DNA of 61,635 bases, filler included, from Sanchytrium tribonematis (taxonomy: Eukaryota), in assembly GCA_018985235.1 (NCBI GenBank). It is 15 parts of 15 records of this genome, joined end to end, with 100 filler letters (N's around TTAATTAATTAA, not from the genome) between each part and the next. Parts side by side here need not be neighbours in the genome. Positions count along the whole stretch, not along the records: positions 32,580 to 35,413 come from JADGIG010000968.1; positions 35,514 to 38,344 come from JADGIG010000969.1; positions 38,445 to 41,265 come from JADGIG010000970.1; positions 41,366 to 44,183 come from JADGIG010000971.1; positions 44,284 to 47,101 come from JADGIG010000972.1; 10 more parts are not named here. One strand, 5' to 3'. The translations under genes and the position numbers were made by a program. The stretch's first letter is position 1; the number at the start of each line of letters is the position of its first letter. The notes under the pieces are model-generated. The model was not told the origin of the DNA, did not search any database, and saw only the letters and a list, made by a program, of their open reading frames with translations. Below, one piece after another: positions 32,659 through 44,706 of this stretch.

Positions 32659-34269
32659 AAAGACTTTATAACCAATAAACTACCAGCTGATTGGCAATTG
32701 TCAACAGTAATCGAGATCTTCAAGTCAGGCAATCACTTGCAACCTGACAGATATAGACCCATCTCTCTAATCTCAACGGGATTCAAAATCTACCAACAAA
32801 TGATTTACCACTCAAGATTTCGTAAATTATTATTCCCAGGCCCGAGACATGGATTCACCAAATCCCGCTCTACAGCATCCCAAATCCACTCTTTAATTTT
32901 AACCATGAAGCGCTTTTACTCATCTCATGGCAAAGTATATGCCGTGGCACTAGACCTGTCAACAGCCTTTGACTGTTTAAAGCATCAAGATGTATTTCAT
33001 CATGTCCATTCCCATCTTGATAATCATGACACAAATATTTTGAGGCAGATCATTACAAATCAATCATTTTATCTGAGAAGAGATCCTAACAAAACTGCAA
33101 TACCAATGCGAAGAGGAACTCCCCAGGGAGGGACTCTTTCTCCATTGGTCTTTGCATTTGTGATGGATCGCATTTTAGAAGAAATTCCCATCTCTGATGA
33201 TTACGCATTATTTCTCTATGCGGATGACCTGATTATATGTACACATGATTACAGATCGCTTCAAAACATAACAAATATGACTACATCTTTGTTGATTGAC
33301 CATGGCTTTAAAACAAAAGATTCCAAATTTCAATTTATAACTACAAATGATGAAATAGAAGGACTGCTGCTCCAAAATAACATATTTATTCCCACTCAAT
33401 CAAATATGATGTACCTAGGAGTAGTTTTAAATGCATATGGTATTGATTACGAAGCCGATATTAAATTAAAACTACAAAAAGTGAATTTTGCAATCTCACA
33501 AATATCTTGGACAAACCGACTTCTTCAATTTAAACAGTCATTCTATCGCTTTTATAAGGGTATTATATGCCCAATATATGGATATAACATTGAAAATTAT
33601 GATGATAATGGCCTGGATATGCTTGAGCAACATCGCACAAAAATGATAAAATCATTACACAGAAACAAGTACAGATATTTCCAATATATTCACAATTATT
33701 ATACGATACATCATCTATATGCTTCTAAAGTCATTAATTTTAACAAACAACTGACAGAACTAGGAATGAATGAAATAGACTGCACATTTATGAATAGAAA
33801 GGATATCAACTATAGCAATCAATTAAATATGGAATGGGAATGGAATAACCAACCTGATCAGTATCGAGCATCAGAATTCAAATCACACCATAAAATTTTA
33901 AAAATGGCTGTTAGAAAAAATCCAACACATCTCCAAGTTTTGTACGACGGATTTTTATCTGGCACTTTACCTAGAAAACCTATTGGAAACCAAGAAATTA
34001 AATGCAGCTATTGTCATAAGAATTTTGAGGGACTAGATCATTTTCGAAATACTTGCAGCTACACTGAAATGGAATATAAAACCAGAGAATCCATTTATAA
34101 AACACTACAAAGTACTTCAAAAAGAAGAATTACTAAGGAGTTGAAATTCTTGAGGGATTCAAATTACTGCAGATCTGATTAATTAGACATATTAAATGCA
34201 CAAGGATGTGTTTAAAAACCACTTTTATCATGCAGCATTTGATTAAGTAAATTTATTATATATATATAT
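32659..34269 (+). mobile_element. 5'-truncated non-LTR (LINE) retrotransposon; ORF2 RT to 34182, 3' UTR ending in (TA)n
   Basis: LPADW..IFK, YRPISLIS, LDLSTAFD, GTPQGGTLSP, YADD and a CX2CX7HX4C knuckle; TA run at ~34257-34269. Confidence 0.88.
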
Positions 34270-35513
34270 CTTGGTAGTGATTATATTCGTTTTGCCGTTT
34301 AAATGTGCGCAGCCTGGAATGTTTTGGACGTAGTGGCGGTGATGAGTTTAGTAAATCAAGATATATAATGGAGTGATACTTCATGGGGGTTGAAATGGAT
34401 TCAGATTTACAGTGAAGGACCACATTCGCCTTAATCAACGTGATTTTGTGGCTTATAAACAAGGCAAAAACATCACTTATCAAGAGTATAATCGAAGTTT
34501 TGCAGCCCAGGCCAAGTTTCTGAGTGCTTCAGAACAGCTATACATGTCAGCAGACCAGTTGTTAGGTCAAATATTGCTAGCTTGGCATATAATAAATTCG
34601 AGAAATTTTTTTAAAATCGTTAAAATCTTAGATTTGCGCAGGGAATCGCAATTGATCTAAAACTCAACAACTTAGAGATGTTGGCTGGCGTTAAAAAGAA
34701 GAAAGAGAGTTTGAGAAAGCTTAAATTGAGCCTAAATACATTGCAAAACCCCTGAATGCTATGGATAATATTTGTTCGGACATTATAAAAGTAAATGTCC
34801 GCATCTTGAGAAATGAGCAGAGTTAAATCAGACAGATGCTGAAACACCAAATACCATAAGTCAAAATTCCAGCAACTTCAAAATTGCCGACAGGATAAAC
34901 AGTTACATGATTTCGCTCCGTTAGCCAGCCAATCAAATTAATACAATTAAAAATTTTAAAGTTTCTACTCTTAAATTCCTGAAAAAATCTCGTGTGCACC
35001 TGTCATATAAATCCGAAATTACCTTATCAAATATTGCATTTTTTTTAAATCAAGTCTTTATCAACCGTTTCGATAGAAGTACCATCATACCAGCATTTGT
35101 GACATGAAAGAACAGAATTCGTTTGTATAAACAAATATAGTTCAATGCGACACCGAATAAGTTTCAAAAATATATACTTTTTACCGAACATTTTATCAAG
35201 GGTACAACTTTTGAAGCGATAATCAGAATCTTCTGATGGAACCCGAGCTACAAAGTTGTATCCTTCTACCTTTTCAAAAAAATTCATCATTAAAGAAAAA
35301 CAAGCGACATTCGACTTAATATAGATATGAAAACTAAGACTATGTAGAGATTTAGCTTTCAGCATTGTATCCAGAACTAGAAAATCAGATATAACAGAGT
35401 CAGTTCTTCGAAGNNNNNNNNNNNNNNNNNNNNNNNNNNNNNNNNNNNNNNNNNNNNTTAATTAATTAANNNNNNNNNNNNNNNNNNNNNNNNNNNNNNN
35501 NNNNNNNNNNNNN

Positions 35514-35968
35514 TAAATCTACGACGTTTTTCAGGATGTCCCATGACGAATCTAAATATGCGAGAAATAGCAAAAGAATTACCAACTATTCAAGATGCTG
35601 GTGTGCGCGAAGTCATCGTGTTACATTCTGACGCGGATGTGATTATGGAGAACCAGGGTACTGCAGAATGGGCCCGTGGATTGGAATTCGTATCTGATCC
35701 TAAAAAGACTTTATATAAGAAATGTGGTGCAAAGACATTCAATACCGTGTCAGATAAAGTGAAGCAAGTTGCTGAAGATGGATTAAAATTCGTCATTGGA
35801 TTTAAAAAGGGAAATGTGTGTGAACAAATAGATTTGAATCAGTTATCCATGGAAATGATTATAGATTGTACAGATGGTACTATTATTGCATTACACTATC
35901 CTGAAGACCCACATGAGCAATGGACTGCAGACGAAATTGTCAATTTAGCAAATAAATATACTCTTTAG
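35514..35968 (+). CDS. AhpC/TSA-like redoxin, copy 1 (5' truncated; CxxT)
   Basis: NLRRFSGCPMTN, FVSDPKKTLYK; paralog of the next two genes. Confidence 0.8.
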
Positions 35969-36103
35969 ATGTAGTCATTGATAATAACACACTTGAACAC
36001 TGCATAGTTTAGGAAAAATCAAATCAAATCAGTCAATGTCACTAAAATCATTGACTTAGTGAATCTAAATTCAAATATTTGTGTGGCTTATTTTTGAAAC
36101 AAA

Positions 36104-36688
36104 ATGAAACGAGCTTCTGATGCGTTCTCTAAATCATCGATAGAAAAAGTCCAATTAAAAGCAGGTGATACCGTTCCAGTGGACTCCGTTAAAACCATAG
36201 ATAATATTGAAATACCGCTAATAAACAGCCATGGAAAAGTTCATTTAAATTTAAGAAGATTTTCAGGTTGCCCGCTTTCCAATCTGAATATGCGTGAAAC
36301 TGCAAGAGAATTATCAACTATACAAAGTGCTGGTATACGTGAAGTCATTGTTTTACACTCTGATCCTGAGGTAATTATGGAAAATCAAGGGACTGCTGAA
36401 TGGGCAAAAGGCATTTCATTTGTAAGTGACCCACATAAAATAATATATAAAAAGTGTGGTGCTGGGACTATGCCAGGTGGATTTGAGAAAGTGAAGCACT
36501 TGGTAGACGAGGGAATGAAATTAGTTTGTGGATTTAAAAAAGGAAATTTATGTGAGCAAACAGATTTGCATCAATTACCCATGGAATTGATAGTGGACTG
36601 TACAGATGGGACCATTATAGCAGTGCATTATGCAGAAGATCCCCATGATCAATGGACTGCTGAAGAAATCGTTAATTTAGTAAAATAA
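36104..36688 (+). CDS. AhpC/TSA-like redoxin, copy 2 (CxxS)
   Basis: LKAGDTVP, HLNLRRFSGCPLSN, FVSDPHKIIYK. Confidence 0.85.
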   Translation: MKRASDAFSKSSIEKVQLKAGDTVPVDSVKTIDNIEIPLINSHGKVHLNLRRFSGCPLSNLNMRETARELSTIQSAGIREVIVLHSDPEVIMENQGTAEWAKGISFVSDPHKIIYKKCGAGTMPGGFEKVKHLVDEGMKLVCGFKKGNLCEQTDLHQLPMELIVDCTDGTIIAVHYAEDPHDQWTAEEIVNLVK

Positions 36689-36818
36689 ATATTTTGGAGA
36701 ATTTATTACAAACACGCGATTTGAGCATTCTGGTATTTATTTAAGCTTGTCATTATTATGTCCAGCATGTGCGCGCGTCAATGAATCACAGAATCCAAAT
36801 GGCTCTAATTTGAAACAA

Positions 36819-37375
36819 ATGCCATCTTCAGAGGTTATTTTAAAAGTTGGGGACACAGTTTCTATCACGACACTTACAACCATTGACAACAAGCAAGTTA
36901 AATTAAAGAATAGTACAGGTCTATTACATCTCAATTTACGTAGATTCTCAGGTTGTCCGATTTGTAACACGTTGATGCGTGAAATTGCTCAAGAATTGCC
37001 CAGAATTAAGTCTGCTGGTGTTAGAGAGGTATAGTATTACATTCTGATGCAGATATCATCAAAGAGAATCAAGCAAGTGCCAAATGGGCTCAAGATTTAG
37101 AATTTGTTGCTGATCCCGCAAGATATTTATATCGTCTATTCGGTGCAAAAGAAATGAGTGAGAGTGGATTTGATAAAGTCAAGCACATTATTGATGAGGG
37201 CATGAAGTATGTGGGTGGCTTCAAACGTGGTAATTTGGCAGATCAAAAAGATTTGCTGCAACTTCCCATGGAAATGTTGATTGATTGTACGAACGGGAAG
37301 ATTAGAGCAATTCATTATGGTGAAAATCCATACGATCAATGGTCTGCGAGTGACATCATCAACTATGCCCAATAA
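36819..37375 (+). pseudogene. AhpC/TSA-like redoxin, copy 3 (CxxC), with a 1-nt frameshift at ~37030
   Basis: RRFSGCPICN; GAG GT ATA GTA TTA CAT lacks one base relative to the paralogs' EVIVLH. Confidence 0.7.
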
Positions 37376-37661
37376 ATCAAATTTATCAGATTATTTTTTA
37401 ATACCCAAGGGGATTCCTTGGGTTTGTGACCCAATGAAGGGTCCTTGCAATTAAATTACAGCATATTCAATCACTACAAACGTGGTTCATTGGTTCATGT
37501 TGGTTTGTCACTTTCAAATCCCAAATGATTGGCCGGCAAAGCATCTTAAAATTGCTTTGATTGGCTACAAATTCACAAGGTCACGAAATGAGTCCTTGTA
37601 CCCCAATTTTAGATACTTGCACATCGTATTTAACACATGCATCCCCAAAGTAAATTACCTG

Positions 37662-38344
37662 ATGTTATTCACTCCGGTTTTGTCTCTCAATGCAACTGCG
37701 CAAGATATTGGATTAGACTTGGCATTCGATCTTGCTGAATTCATCATTGATGCTGCTTCACCCGCAGAAGCACAATTAAGTTGTAAAGCCAAAGATGACA
37801 TCAAAGTCTTTTTAGCACATCCATTGGGTGTCTTTAACAAGTGTTCTTACGACTTTAAAATGTCTGACAAATTAGAAAAACAAGCAGTCGACATTTTAGG
37901 TGATTTAAGTGCCCTAGACAATGGCCAATTGCAAAGTGATTTGGATATTAAAATTTGCAGTCGAAAACATGGAGAAATTACTTTAGACAAACCAAAACCA
38001 AAAGTCACTCGTAACTTTAAACAAAAGATGGTCAGTTGTGAAGCATATGGCGATCCCCATATTTGCGCATTCTCAGGTGATAAATTCGATTCCTACGCAA
38101 GTGGTACATTTTGGTATGTCAAATCTGCTTTATTTGATGTTCAAGCACATCAAGTCCCTTGTGGTGGTGATCGTACTTGCATTGACAAGGTGGCTGTAAA
38201 ATATGCAGATCATTTATATATTGCAGATTCTAAAGGCAAATTTCAATGTCATGCTGAAAATGAATGTAAAACAGATCATGGGATTTCTATCAGTGAAAAT
38301 GGATTAGGAAGCATTCTCACACTCCCTGGTAACATTAAAATCAC
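37662..38344 (+). CDS. Secreted von Willebrand factor type D domain protein (3' truncated)
   Basis: CEAYGDPHICAFSGDKFD...GTFWYVKS..FDVQAHQVPC. Confidence 0.75.
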
Positions 38345-38444
38345 NNNNNNNNNNNNNNNNNNNNNNNNNNNNNNNNNNNNNNNNNNNNTTAATTAATTAA
38401 NNNNNNNNNNNNNNNNNNNNNNNNNNNNNNNNNNNNNNNNNNNN

Positions 38445-38696
38445 AAGAAGATTACCTCCGAATAAATTCCCAGCAATTATAGATGTCAGATTCTTCCAAT
38501 AGAAGATTGTGCTTGGTAATTTTGATATATTATTATTACTGATATCTAAATGCATTAAGGATTTGGTTTTGAATGGCAGATTATTGGGTATCTTGCTTAA
38601 ATTTTGATTTGATAATACTAGAGTTGTAACTTCTGACTTAATAAGTGAGGAATTTGTAAGAATATCTTCTATGTCCATTTCAATAATTTTCTCCAA
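38445..38696 (-). CDS. Leucine-rich repeat protein (3' truncated)
   Basis: LVLSNQNLSKIP, LDISNNNISKLP. Confidence 0.75.
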
Positions 38697-38735
38697 GTTT
38701 GAGGGACTAATAAAGTAAAAGCCAACAAAAATCTT

Positions 38736-39302
38736 TTATTTCAATTGCAGCCCAATCAAATGTTCTTTGACTTCTTTGATTGGCAAACCTTGGATTGCTT
38801 CCTCATAGTCGTTCGGAATTATGTAGTCTTGAAGTAAAGGATGTTCCACCATAAGTGCACCAGCACAATATAAAAGGTCCGGGCAATAACTCAATTCTTC
38901 TAATATTTTATCCGGTATTGGAGTTTTAAATCTTTGTGTAGCGACCACATTACACTCTTTTTGAGCTCTAGTTGTTGTATTTCTTGTGACTAGTCCAGAT
39001 ATACAGACTGCGGGATATTTATTATAACCCTCTAGAAAATTTCTAGCTTCTTTCTGGTCCGCTGGCTTTTCGAGAATGATACCGTTAACTACCACTACTT
39101 GATCTAAGCAAATCACAATTTTGTCTCTACATTTATCTTGTACAGCTTTCATCTTTGCTTTTGCTATTTCGAGTGTCAATTGATAAGGATCGGTGTACCT
39201 GATGGCTTTTTCATCAATATCAGGTGATATAGTTGTGAAGGTCATATGTCTAGCAAGAATCGCTTTCCGACTTGAAGAAGAACTTGCCAAAACGATATCC
39301 AT
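38736..39302 (-). CDS. Maf-like nucleotide pyrophosphatase
   Basis: IVLASSSSSRKAIL, PDIDEKAIR, AKAK, DQVV..GIILEKP, QGLP. Confidence 0.92.
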   Translation of the reverse strand: MDIVLASSSSSRKAILARHMTFTTISPDIDEKAIRYTDPYQLTLEIAKAKMKAVQDKCRDKIVICLDQVVVVNGIILEKPADQKEARNFLEGYNKYPAVCISGLVTRNTTTRAQKECNVVATQRFKTPIPDKILEELSYCPDLLYCAGALMVEHPLLQDYIIPNDYEEAIQGLPIKEVKEHLIGLQLK

Positions 39303-39342
39303 CTCCTAGCTTTTTATTTTGATACGAAGTTTTGATTTATTG

Positions 39343-40152
39343 ATGAAATCGCGCGCAAACTCTAACTTTCAATATTGTGCATGGTGCGCATCGTATATTC
39401 AATACCAGCACTTTCTTAACCATTGCCATTTATGTACCAAAATTCCGTCAATCCTCAAATTGGATGCTTTCTTGACATTATTATCAAAAAGAGGTGAGTG
39501 CCTCTCAAACAATACATACAGACATTTGCATTTAAAAAGAGAGGAATTTTATCCTTACATGAATCTTCTATTGATTTATTTTGAAGATAGCAAGACATAC
39601 GTCACTTGTAAATACTGTTCGGATAATATTGGCGCTGGAGGAATTATTGAACATTTTTTCACTTGCAAATGTACTTCGTCTCACATTAAAAGCAATTTTT
39701 TGCTTAAAGTGCTCAAGGCGACAAATAGAGAATCTCAAAGAATAGATTTGAGATGTTACAACAATGTCCATATTCTTCCAGCACCAAGTGGAGGATTTGC
39801 TAACCATTGGATTCATCCCTCAAAAGAAATCAAATCGGACGTTGCGGTCCAGCTTAAACAAATTCGGGATGTCAAAGAAGGAGATTTGACTATAAATCCT
39901 TTAAGGCGAGTCGATTCTGTTTTTTCTGTTTCTGAGAAGCCAGTCGAGGAAAATACCGCGGTAACTTCAAAGGCCAATCATCAAGACAAGCTCGAACTAT
40001 ATAAAGAAATCATGCTTAAAGAATTGGAAATAACAAAATTGGATTATGTATATAAAATCATAGAAAATATTTACAAGACTGACATTTCAGAGCAAAAAGT
40101 CTTGCTAGAAGCTGCTCGCAATTTATCCACTAATAAAACTTCAGATATTTAG
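39343..40152 (+). CDS. Hypothetical Cys/His-rich protein
   Basis: Two CxxC...H..C clusters and a C-terminal coiled coil. Confidence 0.55.
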   Translation: MKSRANSNFQYCAWCASYIQYQHFLNHCHLCTKIPSILKLDAFLTLLSKRGECLSNNTYRHLHLKREEFYPYMNLLLIYFEDSKTYVTCKYCSDNIGAGGIIEHFFTCKCTSSHIKSNFLLKVLKATNRESQRIDLRCYNNVHILPAPSGGFANHWIHPSKEIKSDVAVQLKQIRDVKEGDLTINPLRRVDSVFSVSEKPVEENTAVTSKANHQDKLELYKEIMLKELEITKLDYVYKIIENIYKTDISEQKVLLEAARNLSTNKTSDI

Positions 40153-40677
40153 TCTCAAAGTACATAGCTTTTCATCAAAATACACATCAAATCCATTTTT
40201 TAAATAAAAATCAAAAGCTGGATTATGCTTATAGCATGATAATCTTACTTCATCCATCGAATATCTTTTTGCTAGATTAATGCAGCATTTCAAGAGAAAT
40301 AATCCGATGCCCTGTCCTTGATACGTTTTCCTTATTTGCAATTCGAAAATAAATAACGAATTGAAATTAAAGTTTTCATCATGTTCATGTATAAATGTAT
40401 AACTGACAAACCCTACAATCCGACTATTGTCTCTGATGGCTATGTATCTCATTACTGGAAGGTCTAACTCTTTCAATTTAATTTCGTCGTCCCATGAGTC
40501 CGTAAGCTCATAAATTTTGCGCATATTGCTCTTTAACAATCTCATCAACCTAAATTTCAACCGATAAGTTAGGCTGTCACTGTATTTTACAATAAATTTA
40601 TCATATTTGAGTACCCGAGTTTCTATCGTTGACTCCAAGGCATGTTTTACCTTGCTGCTTTCGATACACCAATCCAT
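40141..40677 (-). CDS. GNAT acetyltransferase, NAA40/Nat4-like
   Basis: NMRKIYE..WD...KLKEL, LFIFELQI..YQGQGIG, KHNPAFDFYLKNGF. Confidence 0.75.
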   Translation of the reverse strand: MDWCIESSKVKHALESTIETRVLKYDKFIVKYSDSLTYRLKFRLMRLLKSNMRKIYELTDSWDDEIKLKELDLPVMRYIAIRDNSRIVGFVSYTFIHEHDENFNFNSLFIFELQIRKTYQGQGIGLFLLKCCINLAKRYSMDEVRLSCYKHNPAFDFYLKNGFDVYFDEKLCTLRLNI

Positions 40678-40713
40678 AAAACAAGGGTCTTTTCGACAAA
40701 AATTCCCCTTCAA

Positions 40714-41265
40714 ATGTTACGGCTCCATTTGAATGATTTTTTAGGATCGCATATTGAAAACTCATTCTTGGACAAACAAAGTATAATATTCACATCAGAG
40801 CAAGTGGAAGAAGAGGATTTGATTATAGACAACTCAATCGAGTTTGATGGAAACATTGTACAACCTAAAGATTATCAATCTAAGTTTCTCAATGACTACG
40901 ACAAGAAACCGCGACTTATAGAGCCAAAAGAAGTTGCAAAATTTACAGATTATTTATTACCATTCATGGAACAACAAATAGTGAAGGAAAATTTAATTAC
41001 TGAAAAGTTCGATTTCGAAAACGTGATTGATGTGGCTCATAAAATAGTCGAAAAAGCAGATTTTTTTAAAGGGTTTTGCTTGACAACCATTTGTAGTTCT
41101 ATTAAATATGAAAAATTGCTTCAAAAACTAGTGGATGAAGAATTTTCCAACTCCAGCATTGTAATATATTCAGATTCAAATATATTTCAGCAATTAGAAT
41201 TCACATTACAGTACAAGTCCACTTTGGTTGCAATGCCTAGTCTCATGATAAATTCTTCGAAATCT
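40714..41265 (+). CDS. Divergent Misato/Dml1-like protein (3' truncated)
   Basis: KFTDYLLP and IVEKADFFKGF..LVDEEFS resemble the Misato tubulin-like segment. Confidence 0.45.
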
Positions 41266-41365
41266 NNNNNNNNNNNNNNNNNNNNNNNNNNNNNNNNNNN
41301 NNNNNNNNNTTAATTAATTAANNNNNNNNNNNNNNNNNNNNNNNNNNNNNNNNNNNNNNNNNNNN

Positions 41366-42393
41366 ATTTCATCGCCCAAAATTTTTCAACCTTGCAAGAA
41401 CTTCATCCGTTCGAGCGTCCTCATAGACCAGCGGAAATTAAACAAAGAGCGATTCCTTATAATGTTAATGTACGACAAGTTCATGATCTGCTGAAAGCTT
41501 ATTGCAGAATTGGCGGAGCCTTAGTTGAAATCACAGATGAAAAGCCAGTCACTTCCCATTCACAAGTAAACTTGATTATACAGTCTTTTGATGGCAAAAT
41601 GGAAACTTTAGTCGAAATTTGCAAGAAGCTGTTGGGCTTGATTATAAAGCAAGTTGACTTAAAGGCGCACATCCAAACTTCATTGACAAATAAGCTACTT
41701 CAGCCTGAAAATATCAGCTTTACAAAGTTAAATTTGAGACAAATCTCAGAATTGAATGAAAAATGTAAATCTCATTTTATTTTGGGGCAGAAATATAATA
41801 CGACAAAGCTTTCAGACTTTTCAGGTCTGATAAATCTACAGCAACTTCACCATCTCCAACCTCTTACTGTTAATTTTAAAGATCAATCGGTTTTAACATT
41901 GTTTTTTACTTACGCACAAGCATATAAAGAATTCAGGAGCCATGCCGTGCCAAGGCTTGCATATTCGCAATACATCAGCATTATAAATGAAATAATTTCA
42001 TCTGTAAAAAAGTTAAACAGTGCACAATCAATGTCATTGCTCTACATGATTTATTGGGATCTGATACTATACCAAAAATATTTTCGAAAGTCACCTCTTG
42101 ATGAAGAAACTGCGAGAACCTCCAGAATCCTTATTTCTACCACGGTAAATACTGCAAAGTCCCTGCTGGATTCTATTCAGTCAGATGTCTTTGGAGCAGG
42201 ATCCGAATCAGAGAAGTTGCAACAACACATGGACAGAATTAAAAAATTTTTTTGGGGCAAAGACATTCATTTGTGGGTCATGATTTGGACTGTCAAACAA
42301 CTTGTGAAAATTAAAGACAGAAGGCCGAATCTGATTGATGGTTATTTTACTATTAAGCAGCAAGAAATTATGAATCAGCATTTGAATAAATAA
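41366..42393 (+). CDS. Hypothetical protein (5' truncated)
   Basis: Open frame of more than 330 aa running from the contig edge. Confidence 0.6.
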
Positions 42394-42477
42394 TATAAGT
42401 CTTTGTGTATTGACCATTAATTCTGTCAATTTAAGACATTCAAAACTGGAACAAGAATTGGATTGTTTCCTTGTTTC

Positions 42478-44183
42478 ATGAGTGATCAAAATGCAACTAG
42501 AATTGCGATTGTAAATGATGAAAGATGCTTGCCAAAAAAATGCAACTTAGAATGCAAAAGAAGTTGCCCGGTTGTTCGAATGGGAAAGCTCTGTATTGAA
42601 GTTACAAAAACAGATAAGTTGGCCGCTATCTCAGAATCTCTTTGTATAGGTTGCGGTATTTGCGTCAAGAAATGTCCTTATGAAGCAATCACTATCATTA
42701 ATTTACCAACAAATTTAAATCAGCACACAACTCATCGCTACTCTCAAAATTCTTTTAAACTGCATAGACTGCCAGTTCCTAGAAATGGACAGGTATTAGG
42801 GCTCGTCGGTCAAAATGGTATTGGAAAAAGCACAGCGTTAAAAATTTTGAGCGGTAAATTGAAGCCAAATTTAGGGCAATTCGACACTCCTCCTGAGTGG
42901 ACTGATATTTTAAAGTATTTTCGCGGATCAGAATTGCAGACATATTTTACAAAATTGCTAGAAGAAGAGTTAAAAGCTATCATTAAGCCACAATATGTTG
43001 ACCAAATTCCAAGAATGGTTCGTGGCAATGTTGAAGATTTGTTAAAGGGAAAGCATACTTCAAAAGAAATAACATTTGACAAAGTTATTTCCCTACTAGA
43101 CCTTAAAGATGTTCTCGGTCGTCAAGTTGATCAATTATCTGGCGGAGAGCTGCAACGTTTTGCTATTGGAATCGCAGTTATTCAAGCTGCCGACCTGTAC
43201 ATGTTTGATGAGCCTTCTTCTTACCTTGATGTAAAGCAACGCTTGAATGCTGCAAAGACTATAAGAATGCTACTTAACCAAGACCGATACGTTATTTGTG
43301 TTGAACACGATTTGAGTGTGCTCGATTATTTAAGCGATTTTGTTTGTGTCTTGTATGGCATGCCAAGTGCGTATGGAGTTGTAACAATGCCCTACTCGGT
43401 TCGTGAAGGTATAAATATATTTCTGGATGGTCACATTCCAACAGAGAACATGCGATTTCGTACTGATGCTCTGCAATTTAAGATTGCAGAAAACGCAGAC
43501 GACATGAAGATAGAAAAGCAGGTCTATTATGATTATCCATCGATGCATAAGACTCTCGGATCATTCAAACTGGCAATTGATGCTGGAAGGTTTTCAGATT
43601 CTGAAGTGGTTGTTTTATTGGGAGAAAACGGTACTGGTAAAACAACTTTTATTAGATTACTCGCAGGTGCAATAAAACCTGATGAAGACGATGTTGATAT
43701 TCCTGAATTAAGAGTGTCGTACAAGCCACAAACGATTGCTCCTAAATTTCCTGGATCGGTGAGGATGTTGTTCTTAAAGAAAATCAAGCACTCTTTCATG
43801 CACCCACAATTTCAAACAGATGTTGTAAAACCACTTAAAATTGACCACCTTCTAGACAATGAAGTTCAAACTTTATCTGGAGGAGAACTACAAAGAGTTG
43901 CCATTATTTTATGTCTGGGTCAAAGCGCTGATATCGTAATTTTGATTAATTTAGTATCTAATTGACGAACCTTCGGCTTACTTAGATTCCGAGCAACGTA
44001 TTATTGCTGCTAAAGTTATTAAACGTTTTATCATTCATTCCAGAAAAACTGCCTTTATTGTTGAACATGATTTTATCATGGCAACGTATTTAGCTGATAG
44101 TGTTATTGTCTATGATGGTTCTCCAGGTATTGATGCACATGCCAATACACCACAACCACTTTTATCGGGAATGAACGCGTTTT
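42478..44183 (+). CDS. RLI1: ABCE1/Rli1 ribosome recycling ATPase (3' truncated); exons 42478-43935, 43955-44183
   Basis: FeS clusters (CKRSCP, CIGCGIC) and two ABC domains. Splicing restores [14 protein letters not shown]. Confidence 0.97.
43936..43954 (+). other. 19-nt spliceosomal intron
   Basis: GTAATTTTGATTAATTTAG; restores Walker B (YLIDEP). Confidence 0.97.
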
Positions 44184-44283
44184 NNNNNNNNNNNNNNNNN
44201 NNNNNNNNNNNNNNNNNNNNNNNNNNNTTAATTAATTAANNNNNNNNNNNNNNNNNNNNNNNNNNNNNNNNNNNNNNNNNNNN

Positions 44284-44539
<256 letters not shown>

Positions 44540-44563
44540 TTATAAAGGAGATTTAAGTAATTT

Positions 44564-44622
44564 GATTGGATCATGGGTTTTTTGAGAGATGATTGGTGAA
44601 TAGAAAGATGAAATGTGATTGG
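44564..44622 (-). promoter_or_regulatory. Three regularly spaced CCAAT boxes upstream of H3
   Basis: GATTGG at 44564, 44591 and 44617 (26-27 nt spacing). Confidence 0.55.
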
Positions 44623-44706
44623 CTTATAACTGCATCATTAAAATATCCAGCTGATCAAATGTCGCAATCACTTATTTAAAATGTCAAATAGCCCACATCC
44701 ATCCTC

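Noticed and set aside
34270..35413. Short ORFs and a C-box-like GTGATGA downstream of the LINE
   Set aside because: No recognisable protein motifs or convincing snoRNA architecture.
37034..37052. 19-nt GTATTACATTCTGATGCAG as an intron fixing the redoxin frameshift
   Set aside because: Removal creates an immediate TAA and deletes residues conserved in the paralogs (VLHSD).
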